The notes: generated by a model from the letters alone, not told the origin. A stretch of 64,000 nucleotides of DNA from an uncultured Actinomycetota bacterium (GCA_963725175.1 CAVRXH010000006.1:5939580-6003579); one strand, 5' to 3'. Shown: positions 55,470-64,000, numbered from the stretch's first letter. Program-made: numbers and translations.

Positions 55470-56305
55470 CCGCCATCGATCCCGGCTCGCACCTGTCAGA
55501 CGGCGAGATCCGCAGCATGACCCAGGATCTGGACGCCCTGCATCACGACCTCACCCTGCCCGCCCTGACGGACAGCCTCAGCGAGTGGGCGGAGGAGATC
55601 CACGAGCGCGATGCCTCCGGCGAGGACGAGCAAGAGGATGCCGCGCAGTCGGCGTTCCTCGCCCGCCGCAGGTTCCTGGTCGCCACGGGCGGCATCGCGG
55701 GCGCGGCCCTCATCGCGGCCTGCGGCAGCTCCGCGGCGCCCCAGTCAGGCTCCAGCCCGTCCGGCTCCGCGCAGGCGACGAGCGGCGGCGAGGGGCAGCA
55801 GCTCAGCGGCGACCTGCGGGTGGTCGCGATGGCCGCGAGCCTGGAGAACTCCGGCATCGCGACCTACAAGTCCGGCCTCAAGGCGGCCAAGGCCGGCAAG
55901 CTCGGCACGGTACCGCCGGCCATCGTCACCTTCGTGGAGACGGTGATGGGCCAGCACCAGGACCATCAGAAGGCGTGGAACGCCGTGCTCACCTCGGCGG
56001 GCAAGCAGCCGGTGACCACCGTTGATCCGGTGATCCAGCCCACCATCAACACGGCTTTCGGGAAGGTGACCACGGTCACCGGGCTGGCCAAGCTTGCCCT
56101 GCAGGTCGAGAACATCGCGGGCGAGACCTATCAGAACGGGCTGTCGGTCATCAAGAGCCCGGCCGGGATCAAGACCGCCGCCTCGATCCAGCCAGTCGAG
56201 TTCCAGCACGCCGCGATCCTGTCCTACGTCCTCGGCAAGTACCCGGTGCCCAGCGCCTTCACCGGCACCACCCTCGCCAGGCCGCCGAGCGACTACCGCA
56301 CCTAG
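55466..56305 (+). CDS. Ferritin-like-domain Tat lipoprotein (paralogue of the previous gene)
   Basis: ATGA overlap. ..ARRRFLVATGGIAGAALIAAC.. is followed by ..ASLENSGIATY.., ..HQDHQKAW.., ..LQVENIAGETY.. and ..VEFQHAAIL... Confidence 0.7.
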   Translation: MTAIDPGSHLSDGEIRSMTQDLDALHHDLTLPALTDSLSEWAEEIHERDASGEDEQEDAAQSAFLARRRFLVATGGIAGAALIAACGSSAAPQSGSSPSGSAQATSGGEGQQLSGDLRVVAMAASLENSGIATYKSGLKAAKAGKLGTVPPAIVTFVETVMGQHQDHQKAWNAVLTSAGKQPVTTVDPVIQPTINTAFGKVTTVTGLAKLALQVENIAGETYQNGLSVIKSPAGIKTAASIQPVEFQHAAILSYVLGKYPVPSAFTGTTLARPPSDYRT

Positions 56306-56408
56306 GGGCACGGCGAAGCGGGCGGTGGCCGGCAGCGGATCGTGAGCGCTGACGGCCGCCGCCCGCCGCGCGCCGCAGCGGAATGCAGCGCGGTGTCATG
56401 CGCAGATG

Positions 56409-56468
56409 AGCAACCAAGGGTTGCGCTTGAGGTCACGCCTCGCTACAGTGATGTGCAACCAAACGTTG
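56409..56468. promoter_or_regulatory. Two near-identical 15-bp palindromes upstream of the SRPBCC-ArsR operon (candidate ArsR operators)
   Basis: GCAACcaaggGTTGC (56409-56423) and GCAACcaaacGTTGC (56454-56468), with centres 45 bp apart. Confidence 0.65.
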
Positions 56469-56494
56469 CGAAAAGTGGCCGAGAGGCGGGGGCT

Positions 56495-56956
56495 ATGGAA
56501 TACGGCTCGATCGAGCGGGAGATCCGGATCGACGCGCCGCCGGAGATCGTCTTCGACGTGGTGAGCGACCCGGTGCACGTCCAGCAGTGGTGGCCGGACG
56601 AGGCCAGCTACGAGGCGGTGCCGGGCAGCTCGGGGGAGATCGTCTTCATCAGGGACGGCGAGCGGGTCCCGATGGCCTTCCAGGTGGTCGACGCGGTCCC
56701 GCCCCGGCTGTTCTCGTTCCGCTGGACGCAGCCAGACGGCGAGCCCGCCAGGCCGGACAACTCTTTCCTGGTGACCTTCGATCTGGAGCCGGCCGGCGGC
56801 GGCACGCTGCTGCGGATGACCGAGACGGGCTTCCGGGAGCGCGGCTGGGAGGCCGCCGTCCTGGAGGAGGCCTACCGGGACCACGCCAGCGGCTGGGACC
56901 ACTACCTGCCGCGGCTGGCGCCCTACATCCAGAAGTACCTCGAATCGGCGCGATGA
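56495..56956 (+). CDS. SRPBCC-family (Aha1/BPI-like) protein
   Basis: MEYGSIEREIRIDAPPEIVFDVVSDPVHVQQWWPDE.. is the typical start of ArsR-linked SRPBCC proteins. Confidence 0.8.
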   Translation: MEYGSIEREIRIDAPPEIVFDVVSDPVHVQQWWPDEASYEAVPGSSGEIVFIRDGERVPMAFQVVDAVPPRLFSFRWTQPDGEPARPDNSFLVTFDLEPAGGGTLLRMTETGFRERGWEAAVLEEAYRDHASGWDHYLPRLAPYIQKYLESAR

Positions 56957-57348
56957 GCAGCGTCGTGACCAACACCGGCGCGTTGAGCACCGTGGACGAC
57001 GCGCTCTGGTCCGCGGTGGGCGACCCGACCCGGCGGCGGATGCTCGACCTGCTGCTCGCCGAGGGCAGCGGGACCGCGACCAGCCTGAGCGCGCGGCTCC
57101 CGGTGACCAGGCAGGCGGTCGCCAAGCACCTCGTGGTGCTGGACCGGGCCGGCCTGGTGCGCGGCGTCACCGCCGGGCGGGAGAAGCAGTACCGAGTCGA
57201 CTCCGCGCAGCTCGCGCGGGCCGTCGCGCAGCTCGCCGAGGTGGGCGCCAGCTGGGACCGGCGGCTGCGGCGGATCAAGGAGATCGCCGAGGCCATCGGG
57301 GAGCGGGCCCGCGAGCAGGCCGAGAAGGACGATGGGAAGGAGCAGTGA
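56953..57348 (+). CDS. ArsR/SmtB-family transcriptional regulator
   Basis: ATGA overlap. Sequence ..VGDPTRRRMLDLLLAEGSGTATSLSARLPVTRQAVAKHLVVLDRAGLV... Confidence 0.85.
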   Translation: MSSVVTNTGALSTVDDALWSAVGDPTRRRMLDLLLAEGSGTATSLSARLPVTRQAVAKHLVVLDRAGLVRGVTAGREKQYRVDSAQLARAVAQLAEVGASWDRRLRRIKEIAEAIGERAREQAEKDDGKEQ

Positions 57349-57350
57349 CA

Positions 57351-57497
57351 ATGCCAGACATCCTGCACCGCATCGGCGTCGAGGGATCGACGTCCAGCAC
57401 CAAGCGGGGCTCGTTCCTGATGAGCCTCAAGCAGCTCCTGGAGACCGGCGAAGGGGCACCGGACCCCCGCGACGTGCACATCAGCGACTGGCACTGA
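57351..57497 (+). pseudogene. 48-codon remnant of a third operon gene, apparently internally deleted
   Basis: It encodes MPDILHRIGVEGSTSSTKRGSFLMSLKQLLETGEGAPDPRDVHISDWH*. The N-terminal MPDILHRIGV and the C-terminal SLKQLLETGEG.P.P...ISDW look like the two ends of a ~150-aa ArsR-associated protein, but this family assignment is from memory only. Confidence 0.4.
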
Positions 57498-57530
57498 GCC
57501 GTTCGACTGGCAATGAGCCGTTCGCAGTTC

Positions 57531-57564
57531 CCGGCGGAGTCCTTCTCCCGAAGGGCTCCGCCGG
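57531..57564 (+). terminator. Hairpin after the ArsR operon
   Basis: CCGGCGGAGTCCTTC-tccc-GAAGGGCTCCGCCGG forms a 15-bp stem including one G-U pair. There is no T-run. Confidence 0.55.
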
Positions 57565-57716
57565 AACGCGTGCCGGCCGCGCGGTGGTCCGCGCTTATGC
57601 ACAGCGGACGGGCCGGATCAAGGAGCAAATGGTGTGCTACGCCATTCTCTGGGCGACACGTTACTGATCGTTTACGCCGGCAATAGGTTCCCCGCTAATC
57701 GAGTCGGGTACGCACC

Positions 57717-59087
57717 GTGACGCTGAGTAACTATGATGACGCTCACAGTTACGCACGGTCAGAGCGTGGCTGCGGGCGGTGGCGCAGACGGGGGAACGGC
57801 GTGTTCAGTGTTCGGGGGGCTAGCAAGCAGGCGGGCCCGGTCAAGGAGCGGCCTGCGACTCTGCCGGTGACGGGTGAGCCAGGGCACGGGCCCGGCCTGC
57901 CGCCGGAACCGCCACAGGGCGGGCCCGGCCGGCCAGGCGGGCACCAGCGCAAGATGATCATCCTGGCCGGCGCCTGCGCCCTCGCGGTGATCGCCGCCGC
58001 GGCCGGCTACGCGCTGACGCACACCGGCGGCTCGTCCGCTGGCTCCGGCAAGAGCGGCGGCGGCAGCGGCCTGGTGGCCGCGCTGCGGGTCGCGTCGGTG
58101 ACCCCGGTCACGGGCGACCGGCGCGTCGACGGCAGCGCCCCCATCATCATCCAGTTCAACGCCCCGCTGGCGGCCGGCTCGCCGATGCCGGTCATCACCC
58201 CGCCGGTCCGCGGCACCTGGACCAGGGTCGCCAACGACGCGACGTTCATCCCGGCAACGGCGTTCGCGCCCTACCACCGCTACACCGTCAGGGTCCCGGC
58301 CGGCGCCTCGGGCGTCCGGATCGCGGGCGGCAAGACGCTGGCCAGCCCCGTGGTGAGTCACTTCACCACCCGGGGCTACTCGCCGCTGCGGATGGCGCAG
58401 CTGCTCAGTCAGCTCGGTTACCTGCCACTGACCTGGTCGCCGGCTACCGGTGGCGCGGCCCGTTCAGAGGAAATGAACGGGGGCCTGCCCTCCAGCCAGC
58501 AGGCACTGGCCTTCGACCCGCCGGCCGGCTCGTTCAGCTGGCAGGCCGCCTACCCGGCGCTGCTCACCGATCAGTGGCAGCCCGGCCAGTGGAACGTGGT
58601 CGTCAAGGGCGCGGTCATGGCGTTCCAGTCCGAGCACCACCTGACCATCGACGGCAGCACGGGCCCGGCGCTGTGGGGCGCGCTGTTCCGCGCGGTCCGC
58701 GCCGACCAGCGCAACGCCAACGGCTACACCTACGCGGTGGCCAGCAAGTCGCTGCCGGAGACGCTGACGATCTGGCACGACGGGCGGCAGGTCTTCCGCA
58801 GCCTGGCCAACACGGGCATCCCGGTGTCGCCGACGGTGGACGGCACGTTCCCGGTCTATGAGAAGTTCCGGTTCCAGATCATGCGCGGCGTCAATCCGGA
58901 CGGCAGTTCCTACGCCGACCCGGTGTCATTCGTCTCCTATTTCAACGGCGGCGACGCGGTGCACTACTTCCCGCGCGGCTCCTACGGATTCCAGCAGAGC
59001 CTGGGCTGCGTGGAGCTGCCGTACAGCTCGGCCGAGCAGGCTTACCCGTACCTCACCTACGGGAGCCTGGTCACAGTCGCCGGCTGA
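57717..59087 (+). CDS. L,D-transpeptidase-family protein (TM anchor, Ig-like region, PG-binding domain, YkuD-like domain)
   Basis: PG_binding-like ..VKGAVMAFQSEHHLTIDGSTGPALWGAL.. and catalytic region ..GDAVHYFPRGSYGFQQSLGCVELP... The start is uncertain, with GTG 57801 as an alternative. Confidence 0.75.
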   Translation: MTLSNYDDAHSYARSERGCGRWRRRGNGVFSVRGASKQAGPVKERPATLPVTGEPGHGPGLPPEPPQGGPGRPGGHQRKMIILAGACALAVIAAAAGYALTHTGGSSAGSGKSGGGSGLVAALRVASVTPVTGDRRVDGSAPIIIQFNAPLAAGSPMPVITPPVRGTWTRVANDATFIPATAFAPYHRYTVRVPAGASGVRIAGGKTLASPVVSHFTTRGYSPLRMAQLLSQLGYLPLTWSPATGGAARSEEMNGGLPSSQQALAFDPPAGSFSWQAAYPALLTDQWQPGQWNVVVKGAVMAFQSEHHLTIDGSTGPALWGALFRAVRADQRNANGYTYAVASKSLPETLTIWHDGRQVFRSLANTGIPVSPTVDGTFPVYEKFRFQIMRGVNPDGSSYADPVSFVSYFNGGDAVHYFPRGSYGFQQSLGCVELPYSSAEQAYPYLTYGSLVTVAG

Positions 59088-59342
59088 GCCCGCCTGCCAG
59101 CCGGCCGCCCGCCCGGTTCCCCGCCACGGGGGTCCGGGCGGGCTCATGTCCGGACCTGGCAGGCGCTGACCTGCGTTCACGCCCGGATCGCCGGTGGTTC
59201 ACCGATCTGGGTGACAAAGTCGTATCCGTTTCTTAACGATCATTTATGCGCGCTTGCCAGAGCGGCTAACTGGCTTCCGTACCTGCGAAGTCCTGGTATA
59301 CATCAGGTCATCCGACGTATCGCCCGTCCTTGAGAGGGCTGG

Positions 59343-60536
59343 GTGCGTAGGCGAGGGAGCGCACTGTTGTCTGTTCTGGGTACCTTGCGTGGTCGTATCG
59401 CGATCCTGGGTGGCGTGATCGTCGTCTTGCTTGCCGCCGGGACCTGGATAGCGCTCACCCATGCGTCCGCCCAGCCGACCGTCCCCGTCGCGGCTGACGG
59501 GCACGCCTCGGCGCCGCCCAAGGCGACCCCGCTGAGCGTGGTGTCGGTCACGCCGGCCGAGCACGCCAAGGAAGTCAACGGCGCGGCCCCGGTCAAGATC
59601 ACGTTCTCCGCCGCCCTCGCCTCGGACTCGCCGATGCCGGAGGTGAAGCCGCACGTCGCCGGGCACTGGCAGAAGGCCGGCGCCGACGCGGTCGAGTTCG
59701 TCCCCGCCCGCGGCTTCGGCGAGTGGACGCACGTCAAGGTGCACATCCCCGGCGGCCCGGCGGGCCTGCAGGCCTCCGACGGCGGCCAGCTGGCGCACGG
59801 CAAGACGGTGAAGTTCGAGACGGGCGGGTATTCGCCCGAACGGCTCGCCGAGGTGCTCGCCCAGCTCGGCTACCTGCCGCTCACCTGGACCGCGGCCTCC
59901 GGCCAGGCTGCGCCGGGCATGGGCGACTCCGGCCAGGAGGCCGCGGCGTTCTCGCCCCCCACCGGTGACTACGCCTGGAAGCCCGGCTACCCGCACCACC
60001 TGCGGGACTACTGGGACAACGGGTCGCCAAGCGGCCTGATCGTCAGGGGCGCCGTGATGGCCTTCGAGTCCCAGCACGACCTCACCCTGGACGGCATCGC
60101 CGGCAAGGAGGTCTGGAAGTCGCTGCTCAAGGCCGCGACCAAGGACGAGGCCAACAGCTACGGCTACACCTACGCGCTGGCCAGCGAGCACCTGCCGGAG
60201 ACCCTCTCGGTCTGGCACGACGGCCACCGGATCCTGCACGGGCTGGCCAACACCGGCATCCCGGCGGCGCCCACCACGCTCGGCACCGCCCCGGTGTACC
60301 TGAAGTACAAGTACCAGGTGATGCGCGGCAAGAACCCGGACGGCAGCAAGTACGCCGACCCGGTCTGGTACGTGTCCTACTTCCGGGCGGGCGAGGCGGT
60401 GCACTACTTCGACCGCGCCTCCTACGGGTTCCAGCAGAGCCTGGGCTGCGTCGAGCTGCCGATGTCGGAGGCCAAGTACATCTGGCCGTACCTGACCTTC
60501 GGCACGCTGGTCACGGTCACGACCGCGAAGCCCTGA
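59343..60536 (+). CDS. L,D-transpeptidase-family protein (paralogue of the previous gene)
   Basis: Same architecture: ..VRGAVMAFESQHDLTLDGIAGKEVWKSL.. and ..GEAVHYFDRASYGFQQSLGCVELP... Confidence 0.78.
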   Translation: MRRRGSALLSVLGTLRGRIAILGGVIVVLLAAGTWIALTHASAQPTVPVAADGHASAPPKATPLSVVSVTPAEHAKEVNGAAPVKITFSAALASDSPMPEVKPHVAGHWQKAGADAVEFVPARGFGEWTHVKVHIPGGPAGLQASDGGQLAHGKTVKFETGGYSPERLAEVLAQLGYLPLTWTAASGQAAPGMGDSGQEAAAFSPPTGDYAWKPGYPHHLRDYWDNGSPSGLIVRGAVMAFESQHDLTLDGIAGKEVWKSLLKAATKDEANSYGYTYALASEHLPETLSVWHDGHRILHGLANTGIPAAPTTLGTAPVYLKYKYQVMRGKNPDGSKYADPVWYVSYFRAGEAVHYFDRASYGFQQSLGCVELPMSEAKYIWPYLTFGTLVTVTTAKP

Positions 60537-60694
60537 CGGGGCGCGCCGGGCCAGCCTCGCGGGCGGGCGCGGCGGCTGGAGCCAGGAGAGCCGGCGATTA
60601 CTGCCGCGCGCCAGGGCCGCCCGCCTCGGTAGCATCGGGTCCGGGACTGTAGCGGGCGCCCGCCCGCGCCCGCCATCGAGCCAAGGAGCCTGCC

Positions 60695-62755
60695 GTGCCT
60701 GCCGACCAGCTGCGCATCACTCTCGCCGGACGCGAGCATGTGGTGGACGGCGGCACGACGGCGGCCAGCCTGCTGGCCGGCGCGGACGGCGCGGACGGCG
60801 CGGCGGCCATCGCGGCGCGGGTGAACGGCGTGCTGAGCGACCTGGCGGCACCGCTCGCGGACGGCGACGTGGTCGAGCCGGTCATCGCTGCCAGCCCGGA
60901 CGGGCTGTCCATCCTGCGACACTCCACCGCCCACGTCCTCGCCCAGGCCGTGCAGGAGCTGTTCCCCGACGCGAAGCTGGGCATCGGCCCGCCGGTCGAG
61001 AACGGCTTCTACTACGACTTCGACGTGCTGCAGCCGTTCGGCCCCGATGACCTCAAGGCCATCGAGCAGCGGATGCGCCAGATCGTCAAGCAGGGTCAGC
61101 GGTTCGCCCGCCGCGCCGTCACCGACGAGCAGGCCCGCGCCGAGCTGGCCGGCGAGCCGTACAAGCTGGAGCTGATCTCGCTCAAGGGCAGCGGCCCGGC
61201 CGCCGGGGCGGCCGGCACCGAGCTGGCCGCCGCCGACGTCGCGGCCGCCGGCACCCCGAGCGCCGTGGCGGTCAGTGACGAGGAGGCCGTCGAGGTGGGC
61301 GGCGGCGAGCTGACCATCTACGACAACCTCAACGCCAAGACCGGCGAGACCTGCTGGAAGGACCTGTGCCGCGGGCCGCACCTGCCCACCACCCGGCACA
61401 TCCCGGCCTTCAAGCTGATGCGCAGCGGCGGCGCGTACTGGCGGGGCAGCGAGAAGAACCCGCAGCTCCAGCGGATCTACGGGACCGCGTGGGCCTCCCG
61501 CGAGGCGCAGGACCAGTACCTGACCCTGCTGGCCGAGGCCGAGAAGCGCGACCACCGCAAGCTGGGCACCGAGCTCGACCTTTTCTCCTTCCCGACCGAG
61601 ATCGGCAGCGGCCTGGCCGTCTTCCACCCCAAGGGCGGGCTGGTCCGCAAGATCCTGGAGGACTACTCGCGGCAGCGGCACGAGGCCGCCGGGTATGAGT
61701 TCGTCAACACCCCGCACATCACCAAGTCGGAGCTGTTCGAGATCTCCGGGCACCTGGGCTGGTTCGGCGAGAACATCTTCCCGCCCATGGAGATGGAAGG
61801 CGCCAAGTACTACCTCAAGCCCATGAACTGCCCGATGCACATCCTGATCTACCGGTCCCGCGGCCGGTCCTACCGGGACCTGCCGCTGCCGCTGTTCGAG
61901 TTCGGCACCGTGTACCGGTACGAGAAGTCGGGCGTGGTGCACGGGCTGACCCGGGTGCGCGGGCTGACCATGGACGACGCGCACATCTTCTGCACCCGCG
62001 AGCAGGCCGGCGAGCAGCTGCGCAAGCTGCTCACCTTCGTGCTCGACCTGCTCCGCGACTACGGCCTGGACGACTTCTACCTGGAGCTGTCAACCCGCGA
62101 CGACGTCAAGGACAAGTGGGTCGGCAGCCTGGAGGACTGGGAGCAGGCCACCGAGGAGCTGCGCCAGGCGGCGGTGTCGTCCGGCCTGGAGCTGGTCGCC
62201 GACCCCGGCGGCGCGGCGTTCTACGGGCCGAAGATCTCGGTGCAGGCCAGGGACGCCATCGGCCGGACCTGGCAGCTCTCCACCATCCAGGTCGACTACA
62301 ACCTGCCCAAGCGGTTCGGCCTGGAGTACCAGGCCGCCGACGGCTCCCGGCAGCAGCCGATCATGATCCACCGGGCGCTGTTCGGGTCCATCGAGCGGTT
62401 CTTCGGCATCCTGGTCGAGCACTACGCCGGGGCCTTCCCGCCGTGGCTGGCGCCCGTCCAGGTGACCGGCATCCCGATCGCGGACGCGCACGTGCCGTAC
62501 CTGGAGCAGGTCGCCGCCCGGCTGCGGGAGCGGGGCATCAGGATCGAGGTCGACGCCTCGGACGACCGGATGCAGAAGAAGATCAGGACCGCGCAGCGCC
62601 AGAAGGTGCCGTACATGCTGCTGGCCGGGGACGAGGACGTGTCCAAGGGCGCGGTCTCGTTCCGGTACCGCAGCGGCGAGCAGCGCAACGGCGTCCCCGT
62701 AGACGAGGCCATCGAGGAGATTGTCTCGGCGGTGGCCCGGCGGATCCAGGTCTGA
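60695..62755 (+). CDS. thrS: Threonine--tRNA ligase
   Basis: GTG follows an AAGGAG SD. TGS domain, editing-domain motif ..[12 protein letters not shown].., class II core ..[10 protein letters not shown].., ..[11 protein letters not shown].., ..FTMDDAHIF... 686 aa. Confidence 0.92.
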   Translation: MPADQLRITLAGREHVVDGGTTAASLLAGADGADGAAAIAARVNGVLSDLAAPLADGDVVEPVIAASPDGLSILRHSTAHVLAQAVQELFPDAKLGIGPPVENGFYYDFDVLQPFGPDDLKAIEQRMRQIVKQGQRFARRAVTDEQARAELAGEPYKLELISLKGSGPAAGAAGTELAAADVAAAGTPSAVAVSDEEAVEVGGGELTIYDNLNAKTGETCWKDLCRGPHLPTTRHIPAFKLMRSGGAYWRGSEKNPQLQRIYGTAWASREAQDQYLTLLAEAEKRDHRKLGTELDLFSFPTEIGSGLAVFHPKGGLVRKILEDYSRQRHEAAGYEFVNTPHITKSELFEISGHLGWFGENIFPPMEMEGAKYYLKPMNCPMHILIYRSRGRSYRDLPLPLFEFGTVYRYEKSGVVHGLTRVRGLTMDDAHIFCTREQAGEQLRKLLTFVLDLLRDYGLDDFYLELSTRDDVKDKWVGSLEDWEQATEELRQAAVSSGLELVADPGGAAFYGPKISVQARDAIGRTWQLSTIQVDYNLPKRFGLEYQAADGSRQQPIMIHRALFGSIERFFGILVEHYAGAFPPWLAPVQVTGIPIADAHVPYLEQVAARLRERGIRIEVDASDDRMQKKIRTAQRQKVPYMLLAGDEDVSKGAVSFRYRSGEQRNGVPVDEAIEEIVSAVARRIQV

Positions 62756-62760
62756 GACCC

Positions 62761-63318
62761 GTGTCCGATCCTCAGCCAGCAGGCGTCCCGGAGCCGGAGC
62801 CGCAGGACGGTGCCGGCACGCCGGACGGGTTCCAGCGGCTGTGGATGCCGCACCGGATGGCCTACATCAAGGGCGAGGGCAAGCCGGGGGAGTCGGGAGA
62901 ATGCCCGTTCTGCCGCATCCCCGGCCTGCCGGACGCCGACGGGCTGATCGTGGCCCGCGGCGTGCTGGTCTTCGCGATCCTGAACCTCTACCCGTATAAC
63001 AGCGGGCACCTGATGGTGCTGCCGTACCGGCACGTGGCGGACTACACGGACCTGGACGACAAGGAGACGGCGGAGCTCGCGGAGTTCACGAAGCGGGCGA
63101 TGACGGCACTGCGCGCGGCGTCGGGGGCGCAGGGCTTCAACCTCGGCATGAACATGGGCGCGGTCGCGGGCGCGGGGATCGCCGCTCACCTGCACCAGCA
63201 CGTGGTGCCGCGCTGGGGCGGCGACGCGAACTTCATGCCGGTTATCGGCCGCACCAAGGTGCTCCCTCAGTTGCTCGCCGACACGCGAGAGCTGCTCGCC
63301 GAAGCCTGGCCCCGCTAG
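62761..63318 (+). CDS. HIT-family protein (Ap4A-phosphorylase-like, as found downstream of thrS in mycobacteria)
   Basis: ..CPFCRI.. and the histidine-triad region ..GAGIAAHLHQHVVPRW... GTG 62761 lies 5 nt after the thrS stop. Confidence 0.8.
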   Translation: MSDPQPAGVPEPEPQDGAGTPDGFQRLWMPHRMAYIKGEGKPGESGECPFCRIPGLPDADGLIVARGVLVFAILNLYPYNSGHLMVLPYRHVADYTDLDDKETAELAEFTKRAMTALRAASGAQGFNLGMNMGAVAGAGIAAHLHQHVVPRWGGDANFMPVIGRTKVLPQLLADTRELLAEAWPR

Positions 63319-63403
63319 CGGGGCCAGCCGGCGGCCGGGGCCAGCCCGGCCCGGCCCGGCCGACGCAACCCGGCCCGACCTGGGCCGCGCCGATCGGGCC
63401 GCT

Positions 63404-63459
63404 TCATGATCGGGTAGCGCTTTGGGCCACATACGCCCCAAAATGCTCCCCGATCATGA
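63404..63459. repeat. REP-like palindromic element, copy 2 (inverted relative to copy 1)
   Basis: TCATGATCGGGTAGCGCTTTGGG-ccacatacg-CCCCAAAATGCTCCCCGATCATGA. One arm is identical to copy 1, the other has 3 mismatches, and the loop is roughly the reverse complement of the copy-1 loop. Confidence 0.8.
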
Positions 63460-63844
63460 GAGTCACCCGGTGGCGGCGCCCGCCCAGTCACACGCATCAC
63501 TCCAGCGCCGTCGCCGGGCGGGGCAGGCGTGATCTTCAGGATCACGGGTCAGCGGGGGCCTGCGAAGCGGACGGGTGCTGGCTGGGGTTAGGGCGGCTGG
63601 GGCTGGGGGTTTGTATTGCCCGGGGGGTAACCCCCGGACCCCCAGACCGGGGGGCGGAGCCCCCCCGGAGCCCCCTCTGCCGGCCGCTCGGGCCGGGCCG
63701 GCAGGGCCCGACCCTCGCGGACGGCATTGCTGTGGCTGGGGTTTCCGGGCGGGCGGGTGGGCGGGCGTGGCTCGACCCGGTCCGGGCGACGCGGCTCACC
63801 CCGCCCTCAGCCGGCCAGGCCGGCCCCGCCGGGCCGGGCCCATC

Positions 63845-64000
63845 AGTCGGCCTTGGACTCCTCGGCTACCTTGCCCGCCAGGTGGCTGGGCAGCGGCTCA
63901 TGGCGGAGGTAGGAGCGGCTGAACGAGCCTGTGCCGTGGGACATGGAGCGGAGGTCGATGGCATAGCGGGTGATCTCCAGCTCGGGGATCTCCGCCTTGA
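63845..64000 (-). CDS. Elongation factor G-family GTPase, C-terminal fragment (gene continues past the right edge)
   Basis: The minus strand reads ..KAEIPELEITRYAIDLRSMSHGTGSFSRSYLRHEPLPSHLAGKVAEESKAD*, the EF-G domain V / C-terminal pattern. Confidence 0.7.

Noticed and set aside
60537-60694. Possible T-box or other leader upstream of thrS.
   Set aside because: I could not find a specifier-loop/T-box consensus or a terminator/antiterminator pair. There is only GC-rich sequence and an AAGGAG SD.

Overview
High-GC (by eye over 70%) chromosomal segment of an actinomycete. Supporting markers are an SsgB-like sporulation protein, the Gly-Cys-Val tRNA cluster, and thrS followed by a HIT-family gene. 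Most long ORFs in the six-frame track are Arg/Pro/Gly-rich antisense or out-of-frame artefacts. About 70 genes look real.

Gene content, left to right:
- Left end: a VapC tail at the edge, an S53 sedolisin peptidase and a 5-gene Liv-type ABC importer.
- 7.7-21.9 kb: TetR; bioY facing a hypothetical/acyl-CoA ligase/citryl-CoA-lyase-like operon; a GH16-CBM6 glucanase; a wHTH regulator plus MFS; a CbiX-type chelatase; XRE plus a Lys/Ala/Thr-repeat protein; DinB; a dehydrogenase.
- 21.9-43.6 kb: M19 and M20 peptidases; SDR; EamA; a PrmC-like methyltransferase; MFS; a VOC/MarR pair; an ECF sigma factor; nitroreductase; NfeD-flotillin; a DAP-ammonia-lyase-like enzyme; APH; GNAT; PadR with a MacB-type ABC exporter; methyltransferase; hydrolase; an SBBP propeller protein.
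- 43.9-53.5 kb: an RNA-centred region with vapB plus a decapitated vapC, tRNA-Gly/Cys/Val, hutH, ssgB, tRNA-Val, an intact vapBC, hen1-pnkp RNA repair and a convergent NYN nuclease.
- Right end: a membrane/cupredoxin/2x Tat-ferritin-like cluster, an ArsR-SRPBCC operon, two L,D-transpeptidase paralogues, thrS, a HIT gene and an EF-G-like gene tail.

Most notable observations:
- The PIN / Hen1-Pnkp / NYN island beside tRNA-Val.
- A 130-bp (CAGGG)n G-quadruplex-type microsatellite and a 24-bp perfect hairpin in a repeat-rich 800-bp intergenic region.
- A REP-like palindrome present twice.
- A 24-nt motif shared by two promoter regions.
- Six reading-frame breaks in GC runs, all within the first 30 kb.

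All calls come from reading translations and sequence by eye. No database search was run.
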